DNA from: an uncultured Acidobacteriota bacterium
GTDB lineage: Bacteria > Acidobacteriota > Vicinamibacteria > Vicinamibacterales > UBA8438
DNA length: 57,497 bases
Direction of reading: 5' to 3'
Assembly (NCBI GenBank): GCA_913043225.1
Contig: CAJWLU010000021.1
Span: 1 to 57,497, forward strand
Part shown: piece after piece, positions 1 through 9,489 of the stretch
How the letters are laid out: each line of letters opens with the position of its first letter
Numbering within the stretch: the stretch's first letter is position 1
Program-made: the position numbers and the translations under genes
Notes under the pieces: model-generated
What the model saw: the letters and a program-made list of their open reading frames with translations, nothing else
Told to the model about the DNA's origin: nothing
Databases searched by the model: none

Positions 1-1
1 G

Positions 2-670
2 CAGGTCGTCGGCTATGTCAGGCAGGTGGGCGACATCACCGCCGATGTCGCCGATCCGGCGTCAGTTACTGAGGAGATGGTTGAGCGGCTCCCGGACGGC
101 GAGCCGAACATCATTAGGTGCCCTGACCCCGAGCGAGCTGCCGAGATGGTTGCTCTCATCGACCAAATGAGAGAGGCACGTGATTCCATTGGTGGCGTGG
201 CCGAGATCGTGGCCACTGGGGTGCCCGCCGGGCTGGGCGAGCCGGTGTTCGACAAGCTGAAAGCCGACCTGGGGAAGGCACTCTTCAGCCTACCGGCGGT
301 GTTGGGCGTGGAATACGGCGTGGGATTCGCCGTTGGAGGGCTCCGCGGAAGCGAGAACAACGATCTGTTTCAGGCCGCCGGCGAGCCGCCCGTGGTCTCG
401 ACCCGGTCGAACCGCCACGGCGGCATGTTGGGCGGCATCTCAAGCGGGATGCCGATTGTGCTCCGTGCCGCCGTCAAGCCGACCAGCAGCCTCCCACAAG
501 AGCAGGACACGGTAACGCGAGACGGTCAGCCCACCACGATCGCCACAAAGGGGCGACACGATCCGTGTCTCTTGCCCCGCTTTATCCCCATGGCCGAAGC
601 CATGGTTGCCATCACGCTCGCCGACCACTGGCTACGCTGGCGAGCGACAGGTCACGGACCGGAGGCTTGA
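2..670 (+). CDS. aroC: Chorismate synthase, 5'-truncated by the window edge
   Basis: Motifs DSIGG, GLGEPVFDKL, GSENND, NRHGGMLGGISSG, KPTSS, GRHDPC; frame is open from base 2. Confidence 0.97.
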   Translation, partial: QVVGYVRQVGDITADVADPASVTEEMVERLPDGEPNIIRCPDPERAAEMVALIDQMREARDSIGGVAEIVATGVPAGLGEPVFDKLKADLGKALFSLPAVLGVEYGVGFAVGGLRGSENNDLFQAAGEPPVVSTRSNRHGGMLGGISSGMPIVLRAAVKPTSSLPQEQDTVTRDGQPTTIATKGRHDPCLLPRFIPMAEAMVAITLADHWLRWRATGHGPEA

Positions 671-759
671 GTCTGGCGCGTGTCGCAGTAGAATCTACCT
701 CTGAAGTCCAACGCGCGTTCCGATGGGCGCGTCTTCTTGTCGTGGAGGTGTAATTCATC

Positions 760-1935
760 ATGCGCAAGCTGATTCTGGTGCTGTCCGTGGTGATGGCGGC
801 CGGTGTCATTACTGGCCCGGTGTCGCTGCAAGAGCCACCCCCCCCGCCCCGGTTGAGGGACCTCGCACCTACGGTGCCCATCGCGTACGACATTGCCGCC
901 GGGTGGCCGCAGGCGTTCGCCGATGACGGCTATGCCTGGGGTGGCAACTCAGGTGTGGCTATAGACAACGACGATCGGATTATCGTCCTCCAGCGCGGAG
1001 AGACCCGGTTGCCCGACCCGCTGCCCTCTGGATTCCAGGGCTGGGCCGGGTCGATCGACATCAACACGTTGCGGCAGACCGAGTACAAGGTCATCCAGAA
1101 CGTGATCTATGTCGTCAATGGCGAGGGTGAAGTCCTTGAGGTGTGGGACCAGTGGGACCATCTGTTCCAGGGCGGCGACGGACCGGGTCCGCATCGTGTC
1201 CGGATCAGCCCTTACGACCCGGAACGCCGGGTGTGGGTTGTCGACGAGACCCAGCATCAGTTCTTCGTGTTCTCGAACGACGGCAGCGAGCTGCTACACA
1301 CATTCGGTGAGAAAGGCGTGCCGGGGAACGACGAGGCGCATCTCGACGGTCCGCAGGACGTTGCGTTCACCACGGATGGCCGCGTGATGGTGGCCGACGG
1401 CTTCAACAACGGCCGGGTGATGATTCTCGATGGCGACCTGAACTACATCACCGAGTTTGGTGGTGAGAAAGGCTCTGGACGGGGCCGCTTCGACGTGGTC
1501 CACTCGATCGCTATCGGTCCTGACGGCCGTATCTTTGTGGCCGACCGGAACAACCGACGGGTCCAGGTGTTCAACGAGAGCACCCGGTCGACTTGGTATC
1601 ACCCGAACATTTCGCCGATTGGTACCTGGTCCGGTTTCGACCTGCCGCTCGACATCCTCGTGAACCAGTACGACGTATGGGTGACGGATGTGGGCCAGGA
1701 TGGCGCGTCGATCATGAAGTTCGACCTGAACGGCAACATCCAGACGATTCAGCAGCTCCCACGGGAAGGGGCTGGTCGTTACACCGAGATGCATTCATTC
1801 GCCGTCGATAGCAACGGCGTGCTTTACGGCGCCGACAATCAGCAGGGCCGCATCCAGAAGCTGGTGCCGAAGTCCGATGCCGACCCGACGCTGCTCGTGA
1901 AGTCGGCGTGGGTGGACGAATCCGCGGTTCCCTGA
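760..1935 (+). CDS. Secreted NHL-repeat beta-propeller, PAL (peptidyl-alpha-hydroxyglycine amidating lyase)-like
   Basis: Signal peptide; NHL repeats PQDVAF..DG...VADG and VADRNNRRVQVF; three His in PAL Zn-ligand contexts (GPHRV, VVHSIA, EMHSFA). Confidence 0.8.
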   Translation: MRKLILVLSVVMAAGVITGPVSLQEPPPPPRLRDLAPTVPIAYDIAAGWPQAFADDGYAWGGNSGVAIDNDDRIIVLQRGETRLPDPLPSGFQGWAGSIDINTLRQTEYKVIQNVIYVVNGEGEVLEVWDQWDHLFQGGDGPGPHRVRISPYDPERRVWVVDETQHQFFVFSNDGSELLHTFGEKGVPGNDEAHLDGPQDVAFTTDGRVMVADGFNNGRVMILDGDLNYITEFGGEKGSGRGRFDVVHSIAIGPDGRIFVADRNNRRVQVFNESTRSTWYHPNISPIGTWSGFDLPLDILVNQYDVWVTDVGQDGASIMKFDLNGNIQTIQQLPREGAGRYTEMHSFAVDSNGVLYGADNQQGRIQKLVPKSDADPTLLVKSAWVDESAVP

Positions 1936-1957
1936 ATCACGCGGAACCGACCGAGAG

Positions 1958-1995
1958 CAAAAGGGGGCGAGCGCATATGCGCTCGCCCCCTTTTG
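1958..1995. terminator. Bidirectional intrinsic terminator (perfect 38-bp palindrome)
   Basis: CAAAAGGGGGCGAGCGCAT|ATGCGCTCGCCCCCTTTTG between convergent genes, with a T-run on both strands. Confidence 0.88.
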
Positions 1996-2154
1996 TGTGC
2001 GGTGTATCGGTCGGAGTTCTTGCGTCTGGTTCGGCCGTACGAACTCTGACCCCCGACGCCCAGGCGGGCGCGAAGCGGAGCCTGGCGTGGAGCCCAGTTA
2101 TGACCTTCTTGAGTAGCTCTTGACGATGTGCCGGGGAACGACGATGGGCGTCGG

Positions 2155-3015
2155 CTAGGGCTTTGGATGGCCGAGGAGCCACTCGATGACCAGGCGACTG
2201 AAGTGGGGCGAGAACTGCGGAACGTGCCCTCCATCCTGGATGGTCCACAACTCAGCTGAGCCGCCCAGTCGGCAGCCTTCCGTGTAGCGTGTCACCGTTG
2301 ATTCGGCGCCCGCCAGTCCAGACTCCAGATCGAGGGTGCCGGCGTCGACGCCTTCCACCGCACATCCGTTGTGGGCGGCCCAGTTCTCCACCGATTCGCG
2401 CGCTCCGGGGTGCCCGCCGCCAATAAACTCGCCGGGCTCGTAGGAGATGGCGTCGTCGGCCGTGCCATGAATCTGCAGGATGTGCACCGGCTCGGAGGGC
2501 GCGGACCGTTCCTCGGTCTGGTCCGCGCCGGCCAGGCTCGCGATGGCGGCGAGTGTCTCGGAACGCTCGTGCGCCATCAGATACGACATGAACCCCCCGT
2601 TCGAGTGGCCGAAGAGAAACACGCGCTTGTCGTCGATGGAGTACTCCCGCTTAAGCGCCGCGATCAGGTCCGAGAGATACGCCACATCGTCCACGTCGCT
2701 GCCGTGGAAGTTGCAGCAGGCCGTCGAGGCGTTCCAGAACTGGTTGCCTGAGGCGTTCGACTCCTTGGTGCCATCCGGCGCCACGAAGATGAACCCGTAG
2801 TCATCGGCCAGGGGGCTGACCTGCATGTAGCTGTCCTGCCCCTGGCCGGTGCTCGTGTAGCCGTGAATGAGCATGACCAGTGGAGCGGGTTCGCCGGCAT
2901 CGTAGCTATCGGGCACGATGACCGGCAGTGGGCCTCGACCCGCGTCGATGGTCTGCGCTGTTGCGGGGCTGGTCACGAGCGACACGAGGGTGATGAGTAG
3001 CGCATACCTACGCAT
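2155..3015 (-). CDS. Secreted alpha/beta-hydrolase, PHB-depolymerase/LpqP-like esterase
   Basis: Signal peptide; LIHG, WNAS..CC, GHSNGG nucleophile, HGTAD, GGH. Confidence 0.88.
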   Translation of the reverse strand: MRRYALLITLVSLVTSPATAQTIDAGRGPLPVIVPDSYDAGEPAPLVMLIHGYTSTGQGQDSYMQVSPLADDYGFIFVAPDGTKESNASGNQFWNASTACCNFHGSDVDDVAYLSDLIAALKREYSIDDKRVFLFGHSNGGFMSYLMAHERSETLAAIASLAGADQTEERSAPSEPVHILQIHGTADDAISYEPGEFIGGGHPGARESVENWAAHNGCAVEGVDAGTLDLESGLAGAESTVTRYTEGCRLGGSAELWTIQDGGHVPQFSPHFSRLVIEWLLGHPKP

Positions 3016-3058
3016 TGTCGAATCCTCTCTCCACGTGGCGAGGTCCGTGTGTGCGGCC

Positions 3059-4657
3059 TCAGTTGCCCGCGCCGGCCCGGGCGCCCTCGAAGGTGGAGAA
3101 TGGCGCGAAGCCGCCCCCCTGAGCCTCGAAATTCCCCTGGATTTCGCCGTCGGTAGCCACTTCTCCGGCTACCACGAACTGACCGCCGATTGGGCCCAAG
3201 CGCAGCTGTAGGTCGAAACGATAGCTGTCGCCGTCCCACGCGATCGCCTCGGCCGGTAGCACCAGCAGGTTCCCGCGCATCGGGAGATACCAAGTCCCCT
3301 CGCCGGACCGGGGTAGATGGAGAGCGGTGGGGATGGTGCGGCCTCCCAGCATGGGCGCCGCCAGGTCGATCCGATAGGCGGCGTCCGCCGGCAGCGAGGC
3401 GATCAGCGCGTCGCGACGGCTTTCGTCCGTCGCCGGCACGGGACTGACGCCTTCATCAGCCACGAACTCGAAGACGTTGAACATCATCTCGTCGGTCGTT
3501 TGCAGTCCGAAGCCGACGGCCTGGTCCGGGTTGGGATTGTTCGGGTTGGAGGCCGAGTTGTTGTAGTTGGCCACGATGTCGAGCCGGGTACCGGCGGGGA
3601 GCGGTACATGCTGCTCCGGGTAGTAGAACAGCTGCCAGTCGAAGTTGTACTCCGGCACGTTGATCAGCGACTGCTGCTCGCCATTTGGATAGTTGGCGAT
3701 TAGGTCCATGTTCAAACCGCGGACGTGCATGTGCGGGAAGTAGGAGATGACATTCACGTCCTGGTCGACGATGTAGGACGCGCGCACTTCGTGGTTGCTG
3801 ACGTTGGGCGGAATCTCGAAAGTCATGGTGCCGGCCAGGGCTGCCATGACCTCCTTCTGCATCTCGCCCTCACCAAAGTACAGGCCGATCTGTGTCTCGT
3901 CGCTTTCGGCGGTTCCGCTCGGGTGGTAGTGGGCGTTGATGGTCCACTCCTGACCGGGATAGACCCACCGTCCCATCCCTTGGGGGAACTCGTGGGGGTT
4001 GGTGCCCACCGACCAGACGGCGAGTACGTCGAAGAAGCCGCTTTCCAGCCCGCGTCCTTCGGCGCCGCCGCTGCTGGTGAAGATCACCGAGTGATGGGCC
4101 ACCTTGCGGTTGGAGGGGCGGACCTCGATTCCACGGATCCAGCGTTTCTCTGGCAGGTCGAGCGTGTGAGACAGGTCAGGGTAGTAGTCCGGGCCTTCCG
4201 CCGGGACGTCGACCTTCGGCAGAGTCACGACTAGGTCCGGCTCGCCGAGTTGCCAGCCTTCGGGGAAACTGGGCAGGGCCGGAAGCATACTTGGATCCCC
4301 CTGCGGGGCGCCGGCATCGACCCAGCGGCTGATGATCTCAACCTCGGTGTCTTCGAGCCGAAGGTCATTCTTGAAATAGCCCAGCGGCGACTCAGCGAAC
4401 CAGGGCGGCATTTCGCCGCTGACCACCTTGTCGCGGATACCGCGGGCCCAAGGGCGCACCTCGTCGTAGCTGCGAAGCGCCATGGGGGCGAGCTCGCCCG
4501 GGCGGTGACAGGATACGCAGTTCTCGTACAGGATGGGCGCCACGTCCCGGCTGAACGTGGGCTGGTCCTGGGCCAGCGCCGGGGCGCCGCCGATTCCGAG
4601 CACCATCAACACGGCGCCAACGATCCCGACGCGCGTTCGCACTGCGAGCTGTTCCAT
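3059..4657 (-). CDS. Secreted cytochrome c fused to a copper type II (PHM/DBH-like) monooxygenase
   Basis: Signal peptide; CVSCH heme motif with distal MPPW; CuH-type AHHS and AHY, CuM-type PHMH and DEMM; extra C-terminal domain. Confidence 0.82.
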   Translation of the reverse strand: MEQLAVRTRVGIVGAVLMVLGIGGAPALAQDQPTFSRDVAPILYENCVSCHRPGELAPMALRSYDEVRPWARGIRDKVVSGEMPPWFAESPLGYFKNDLRLEDTEVEIISRWVDAGAPQGDPSMLPALPSFPEGWQLGEPDLVVTLPKVDVPAEGPDYYPDLSHTLDLPEKRWIRGIEVRPSNRKVAHHSVIFTSSGGAEGRGLESGFFDVLAVWSVGTNPHEFPQGMGRWVYPGQEWTINAHYHPSGTAESDETQIGLYFGEGEMQKEVMAALAGTMTFEIPPNVSNHEVRASYIVDQDVNVISYFPHMHVRGLNMDLIANYPNGEQQSLINVPEYNFDWQLFYYPEQHVPLPAGTRLDIVANYNNSASNPNNPNPDQAVGFGLQTTDEMMFNVFEFVADEGVSPVPATDESRRDALIASLPADAAYRIDLAAPMLGGRTIPTALHLPRSGEGTWYLPMRGNLLVLPAEAIAWDGDSYRFDLQLRLGPIGGQFVVAGEVATDGEIQGNFEAQGGGFAPFSTFEGARAGAGN

Positions 4658-4715
4658 CGGGGCTCTCCTAGCGGAGTTCAGACAGGAGCGCAGGATACCA
4701 CGCCGTGCGCGCTTA

Positions 4716-5504
4716 TTAAGGTTTCTTGCGGTCGATGAACGCCTGCATCATGCGGGCCGGTTCATCGGTTTCGAAGGCGCTGGTGAACGACCTGACGCCC
4801 GCCTTCACGGCGTGATCTAGGGCGAGGTCTTCCCATTGCCTGGCTAGCGATTTCTGGAGCCGGATGGCCCGGGGGCCGCTGGCCGCGATCGAGTGCACCC
4901 ATCGGTCCACGGCTTCGTCGAGCTGGGAGACGGGTACCGTGCGTTCGACTAGTCCCCACTGTTCAGCGCGGACCGCATCGATCGTGTCGCCGGTCAGCAC
5001 GAGCTCTCGGGCGCGGCCTGTACCGATCAGCCGAGGGAGCAACGCCGCCTCGATGACCGATGGAATTCCAACGCGGACCTCCGGCATCGCAAAGATAGCG
5101 TCGTCCGCCGCCACCCGTAGATCGCACGAGGCGGCCACTTCGAGTCCGCCACCTAGGCAGTAGCCCTGGATGCGAGCGATGACCGGCACCGGACATTGGC
5201 GGATGGCCGCGCACGCCCCGTGCAGGCGCTCGATGAACACCGGCGCCGAACGCCTTGTCAGCGAGCGCATCTCGGTGATGTCGGCCCCGCCGATGAAGGC
5301 GCGTTCACCGGCCCCGGTCAGCACTACTGCCTGCAGCTCGTCGTCTCTGCCCAGATGAGTGAACGCGTCGATCATGGCTTCGATCGAGACCGTGTTCAGG
5401 ACGTTCAGTTTGTCCGGTCGGTTGATCGTAACTCGGGCGCATCGGCCGCCCTCGTCAAGGGACAGCAGATCGGTTCGGATTTGCGACGTGTGTGATGAAG
5501 GCAT
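4716..5504 (-). CDS. Enoyl-CoA hydratase/isomerase (crotonase family)
   Basis: INRPDKLN, AFIGGADI, GYCLGGGLE, AMPEVRVG. Confidence 0.93.
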   Translation of the reverse strand: MPSSHTSQIRTDLLSLDEGGRCARVTINRPDKLNVLNTVSIEAMIDAFTHLGRDDELQAVVLTGAGERAFIGGADITEMRSLTRRSAPVFIERLHGACAAIRQCPVPVIARIQGYCLGGGLEVAASCDLRVAADDAIFAMPEVRVGIPSVIEAALLPRLIGTGRARELVLTGDTIDAVRAEQWGLVERTVPVSQLDEAVDRWVHSIAASGPRAIRLQKSLARQWEDLALDHAVKAGVRSFTSAFETDEPARMMQAFIDRKKP

Positions 5505-5560
5505 AGTCTCTGTGCGGGGCGCCGGTCTGGCGGCGCCGGACCATTTCAGCAGACGGCAGG

Positions 5561-6343
5561 ATGGAGCTCAAGGATCGGATCGTGGTGGTGACCGGCGGAG
5601 CGTTAGGGATCGGGCGGGCCCTGGTCCGGCGGTTTGCGAGCGAAGGCGCCAGGCACGTGGTCGTCGTGGACATAGATGGCGACGGGGCGCGCGATGTGGC
5701 GGCCGAAGTCGGTGGCACGGCCATTACCGCCGATGTCGGTCACGGGCCGGACATGAGTCGGGTGGTCCATCAGATCGAAGACGAGGTCGGTTCCATCGAC
5801 CTGTTCTGTTCTAACGCCGGTCTATTCGTGCCTGGGGATGCAGAGGTCAGCGACGAGTTGTGGGAGGCCAGCTGGCGAGTCAACGTGCTTGCCCACGTGC
5901 ACATGGCGCGGACGCTAGTGCCGCGTATGCTCGAGCGAGGTAGGGGCTATCTGCTGCAGACGGCGTCGGCGGCCGGTTTGCTGAGCCAGATCGGGTCGGC
6001 GCCCTATTCGACGACCAAGCATGCCGCCGTGGGCTTCGCCGAATGGCTGGCGATCACCTATGGCGAACGCGGACTACGCGTGTCCGTGCTGTGTCCGCAG
6101 GCGGTCCGTACCCGGATGACCGAAGGTGTCGAGGTGGGTACCGTCTCGGCCGTCGACGGGATGCTCGAGCCAGACGTGGTGGCCGCAGCCGTCGTGCGAG
6201 GTCTGGAGGAGGAGCGGTTCCTCATCCTGCCGCATCCGCAGGTCGAGGAGTACATGCGGCGCAAAGCGGCCGACTATGACCGGTGGCTGCGTGGGATGCG
6301 CAAGCTCAAGCAGAGATTCCCGGATGTTTCGGGGGACGGGTAG
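5561..6343 (+). CDS. Short-chain dehydrogenase/reductase
   Basis: TGGALGIG, SNAG, S...YSTTK catalytic residues. Confidence 0.95.
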   Translation: MELKDRIVVVTGGALGIGRALVRRFASEGARHVVVVDIDGDGARDVAAEVGGTAITADVGHGPDMSRVVHQIEDEVGSIDLFCSNAGLFVPGDAEVSDELWEASWRVNVLAHVHMARTLVPRMLERGRGYLLQTASAAGLLSQIGSAPYSTTKHAAVGFAEWLAITYGERGLRVSVLCPQAVRTRMTEGVEVGTVSAVDGMLEPDVVAAAVVRGLEEERFLILPHPQVEEYMRRKAADYDRWLRGMRKLKQRFPDVSGDG

Positions 6344-6417
6344 GGCACGACGGCCGTTGGTGGGCGAGGAGGTGGTAGCCTCGATAGACGAGGTCGATCC
6401 GCCACGTTGGGAGACCG

Positions 6418-7746
6418 ATGCGACGCAACATTGTTCACATAGGCGCTGGAGAGCTCAGCTACGCGATTCGCGAGATCGTCGAACAGGCCACTCGCCTGGA
6501 AGCGCTTGGGGTCGAGATGGCCTGGGAGAACATCGGCGACCCGGTGGCGAAGGGCGACCGGATTCCTGGTTGGATCAAGGACATCGTGGCCGATCTGGTG
6601 CGCGATGACTCGTCCTACCGCTATTGCCCGTCCCGAGGAGAGTTGGCCACCAGAGAGTTCTTGGCCGGGCGCGTTAACGCCCGGGGCGGCGCGCAGATCG
6701 GTGCCGACGACATTCTATTCTTCAATGGTCTGGGCGACGCGGTCTCGAAGGTGTTCGGCTTTCTACGGCGTGAGGCCCGCGTGATCGGGCCTTCGCCGGC
6801 GTACTCCACCCATTCATCGGCCGAGGGCGCCCATGCGGGCGACCACCCGCTGACCTACACCCTCGATCCGAATCGCGGCTGGCAGCCGGATCTGGACGAG
6901 ATGCGGGAGAAGGTCCGCTATAACCCGTCCATTGCCGGCATCCTGCTCATCAACCCAGACAACCCGACCGGGGTGGTCTATTCCCGCGAGACGCTGCAAG
7001 GCGTGGTCGAGTTGGCGCAGGAGTTCGATCTGTTCGTGATGTGCGACGAGGTGTACATCAACATCACCTACGGCGGCGCCGAGGCGGTGCATCTGTCCGA
7101 TGTGATCGGTGACGTGTGTGGGTTCTCCCTCAAGGGCATTTCGAAGGAGATTCCCTGGCCCGGATCTCGTTGTGGGTGGGTCGAGTTCTACAACCGCGAG
7201 CGTGATCCGGTATTCGAGCGGTTCGCGCAGAGCCTGCTCGGCGCCAAGATGCTCGAAGTTTGCTCGACCACGCTACCGCAGCGCGCCATTCCTCGCATCC
7301 TGGGCGACCCGCGCTATTCGGGTCACCTCGCGGAGCGGGCCCAGGAGTTCGAACGCCGGGCCGACGAGGCCTGCCAAGTTCTCCAGGACGTACCGGGCAT
7401 CAGCGTGAACCGGCCTCAGGGGGCGTTCTACATGACTGTGCTGTTCGACCGGGACGCCCTCAACGACCGGATGGTGCTCGAGATCGCCAACCCCGAAGTG
7501 CGGGTGGTCATCGACGAGCTTCTCGAAGACACCACCGCGCTCGACTTTCGCTTCGTCTACCACTTGATGGGCGCCACCGGCATTGTCGTGGTGCCGCTCT
7601 CGTCGTTCGCTTGCGCCTATCACGGCTTCCGTATCACCCTGCTCGAGTGCGACACGGCGCGTCGTCGCTCCATCTTCGAGACCCTGGCCCGCAGCATTCG
7701 CGACTATCTGGCATCTGGCGCGCCAGCCGCGGCGAGTCAATCCTAA
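6418..7746 (+). CDS. PLP-dependent aminotransferase class I/II
   Basis: NIGDP, INPDNPTG, DEVY, ISKEIPWPGSRCGW (PLP lysine), PQGAFY. Confidence 0.93.
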   Translation: MRRNIVHIGAGELSYAIREIVEQATRLEALGVEMAWENIGDPVAKGDRIPGWIKDIVADLVRDDSSYRYCPSRGELATREFLAGRVNARGGAQIGADDILFFNGLGDAVSKVFGFLRREARVIGPSPAYSTHSSAEGAHAGDHPLTYTLDPNRGWQPDLDEMREKVRYNPSIAGILLINPDNPTGVVYSRETLQGVVELAQEFDLFVMCDEVYINITYGGAEAVHLSDVIGDVCGFSLKGISKEIPWPGSRCGWVEFYNRERDPVFERFAQSLLGAKMLEVCSTTLPQRAIPRILGDPRYSGHLAERAQEFERRADEACQVLQDVPGISVNRPQGAFYMTVLFDRDALNDRMVLEIANPEVRVVIDELLEDTTALDFRFVYHLMGATGIVVVPLSSFACAYHGFRITLLECDTARRRSIFETLARSIRDYLASGAPAAASQS

Positions 7747-7779
7747 CCTCCGGCCGGGCGTCCGGCCCAGTGCGATTCC

Positions 7780-8751
7780 ATGGCGACACTTCTTGCGTTG
7801 ACCGTCTGTTTCATCATCCTGTCCGGGCTCGTGGCGATGGTGGACGCCGCGGTCTTGAGTGTTTCGCGGGCGGAGACCGAGGAAGCGGTCGCGCACCGCC
7901 TCTGGGGCGCACCGCAGCTGCGCCGGATCACCGAGCAGCTCACCCGCTCGGTAGTGGTCATTGTGGTCGTCACCAACACCATCAATATTCTGGGTCCGAT
8001 CCTCGTGGGCCAGGCGGCGGTAGCCGCCTTCGGTCCGGCGGCCATCGGTTGGATGACCCTGGTGTTGACGCTGGGCACCATCGTGTTCTCCGAGATCATC
8101 CCGAAGTCGCTCGGTACCCACTACGCCCCGCGGATCAGCCGGTTCGCGGCGTTGCCGATTCTCGGCCTCACCTATGCGCTTTATCCGCTGGTGTTGCTGC
8201 TCGACGCCTTTACCCGGCTCTTTCGCCGTGGCCGACGCCGCGTGGGGACCGAGGAGCAGATCCGTGCGCTGACTACGCTGGGCCGTAAGGCTGGCTATAT
8301 CGAGGCCGATGAGGGTGTCCTCGTCCATAAGGCGTTCATCCTCAACGACCGCACGGCGGCCGACATCATGACTCCGCGGGCCGATATCGCCAGCCTGCGG
8401 CTACAGTCCTCGGTGAGAGAGGCGGCTGACATCGTCATGAGGCAGCCGTTCTCGCGCTACCCGGTTTTCGGCGCCTCGCTGGACGATTTCCGCGGGGTGG
8501 TGCTGGCGCGCGACTTGCTTGAGGCGGTGGCGCGTGGCGAGGGAGACCGACTGCTCGAGTCGGTGCTTCGGGACGGGCTCGAGGTGGATGCCACGCGACG
8601 GTCAGACGCGTTGCTCCTTGAGTTCCGGTTGCGCAGGACGCACCTAGCGGTGGTGCGGCGTGACGACGACACGATCGGGCTCGTTACGCTGGAGGACGTG
8701 CTCGAAGAGCTGGTGGGCGAGATTAGTGACGAGACTGACGTCCAGTACTGA
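7780..8751 (+). CDS. CNNM (DUF21)-CBS domain membrane protein
   Basis: TM helices, FSEIIPK, DIMTPR, FSRYPV, GLVTLEDVLEELVGEISDE. Confidence 0.93.
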   Translation: MATLLALTVCFIILSGLVAMVDAAVLSVSRAETEEAVAHRLWGAPQLRRITEQLTRSVVVIVVVTNTINILGPILVGQAAVAAFGPAAIGWMTLVLTLGTIVFSEIIPKSLGTHYAPRISRFAALPILGLTYALYPLVLLLDAFTRLFRRGRRRVGTEEQIRALTTLGRKAGYIEADEGVLVHKAFILNDRTAADIMTPRADIASLRLQSSVREAADIVMRQPFSRYPVFGASLDDFRGVVLARDLLEAVARGEGDRLLESVLRDGLEVDATRRSDALLLEFRLRRTHLAVVRRDDDTIGLVTLEDVLEELVGEISDETDVQY

Positions 8752-8765
8752 GGCCGCCTGGCTAC

Positions 8766-9452
8766 TCAGAACTGACGTTCGTAGCGCCAGCCGGCATCAA
8801 GCATCCAAATGCGGTGTCGGGGGCCGTCACAGTCAATGCGCCCGTTTTCGTACGCGCAGTCCTCGGCATAGAGCGCGACCTTCCCGCCGTCCGTTCGGTG
8901 GATGCGGCCGAGAAAATGTTCCCGCTTCCAGCCGTCGATCGAGGTGAGCATGTCGGCGGCGCTCTCGTGATCCAAGAGCCGCGTGCTGAGAGCAAAGGTC
9001 GGGTTGGCGAACTGGACCTCGCCGGCGCGGTGGGCCTGTAGTGCCTCCTGGGGGCGCTCCCAGCGATAGTCGAGGATCTCGCTGCCGTCAACCTCGACCC
9101 GGTCGGGCGAGACTACTGCTGCAAAGAACCAGGTCGCAAAGCGGATGGGACTCGGTTCGGGGGTGGTCCACTCGCAAATCGGGTGCAGAGTGTTGGGAAC
9201 GACCTCTACCCCGGCCTCTTCCTGCGCTTCCCGGGCCGCGGCACGCTTGGCCTGGGAGAACTCGTCGCTGGATGGTTCGATGGGCGCGTCGCTGGCTTCG
9301 ATCCGCCCGCCGGGAAACACCCAGAATCCACCCATGAAACGGAGATCGGGATTGCGGCGTAGATAGAGAATTTCAGGACCGTCGGCGGCGTCTCTGAGCA
9401 ACAGTACTGAGGCTGCTGGTTTCGGAGTCACAGGGGCCGAGGAGTCATTCAC
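8766..9452 (-). CDS. NUDIX hydrolase
   Basis: AASVLLLRD, VFPGGRIE, AAAREAQEEAG; GTG start at 9452 after GGAG (the ORF-track extension to 9899 overlaps the TauE gene). Confidence 0.9.
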   Translation of the reverse strand: MNDSSAPVTPKPAASVLLLRDAADGPEILYLRRNPDLRFMGGFWVFPGGRIEASDAPIEPSSDEFSQAKRAAAREAQEEAGVEVVPNTLHPICEWTTPEPSPIRFATWFFAAVVSPDRVEVDGSEILDYRWERPQEALQAHRAGEVQFANPTFALSTRLLDHESAADMLTSIDGWKREHFLGRIHRTDGGKVALYAEDCAYENGRIDCDGPRHRIWMLDAGWRYERQF

Positions 9453-9489
9453 TACTCCATGGTACGCTGGAAAGCTCGACCCGCCCCCG

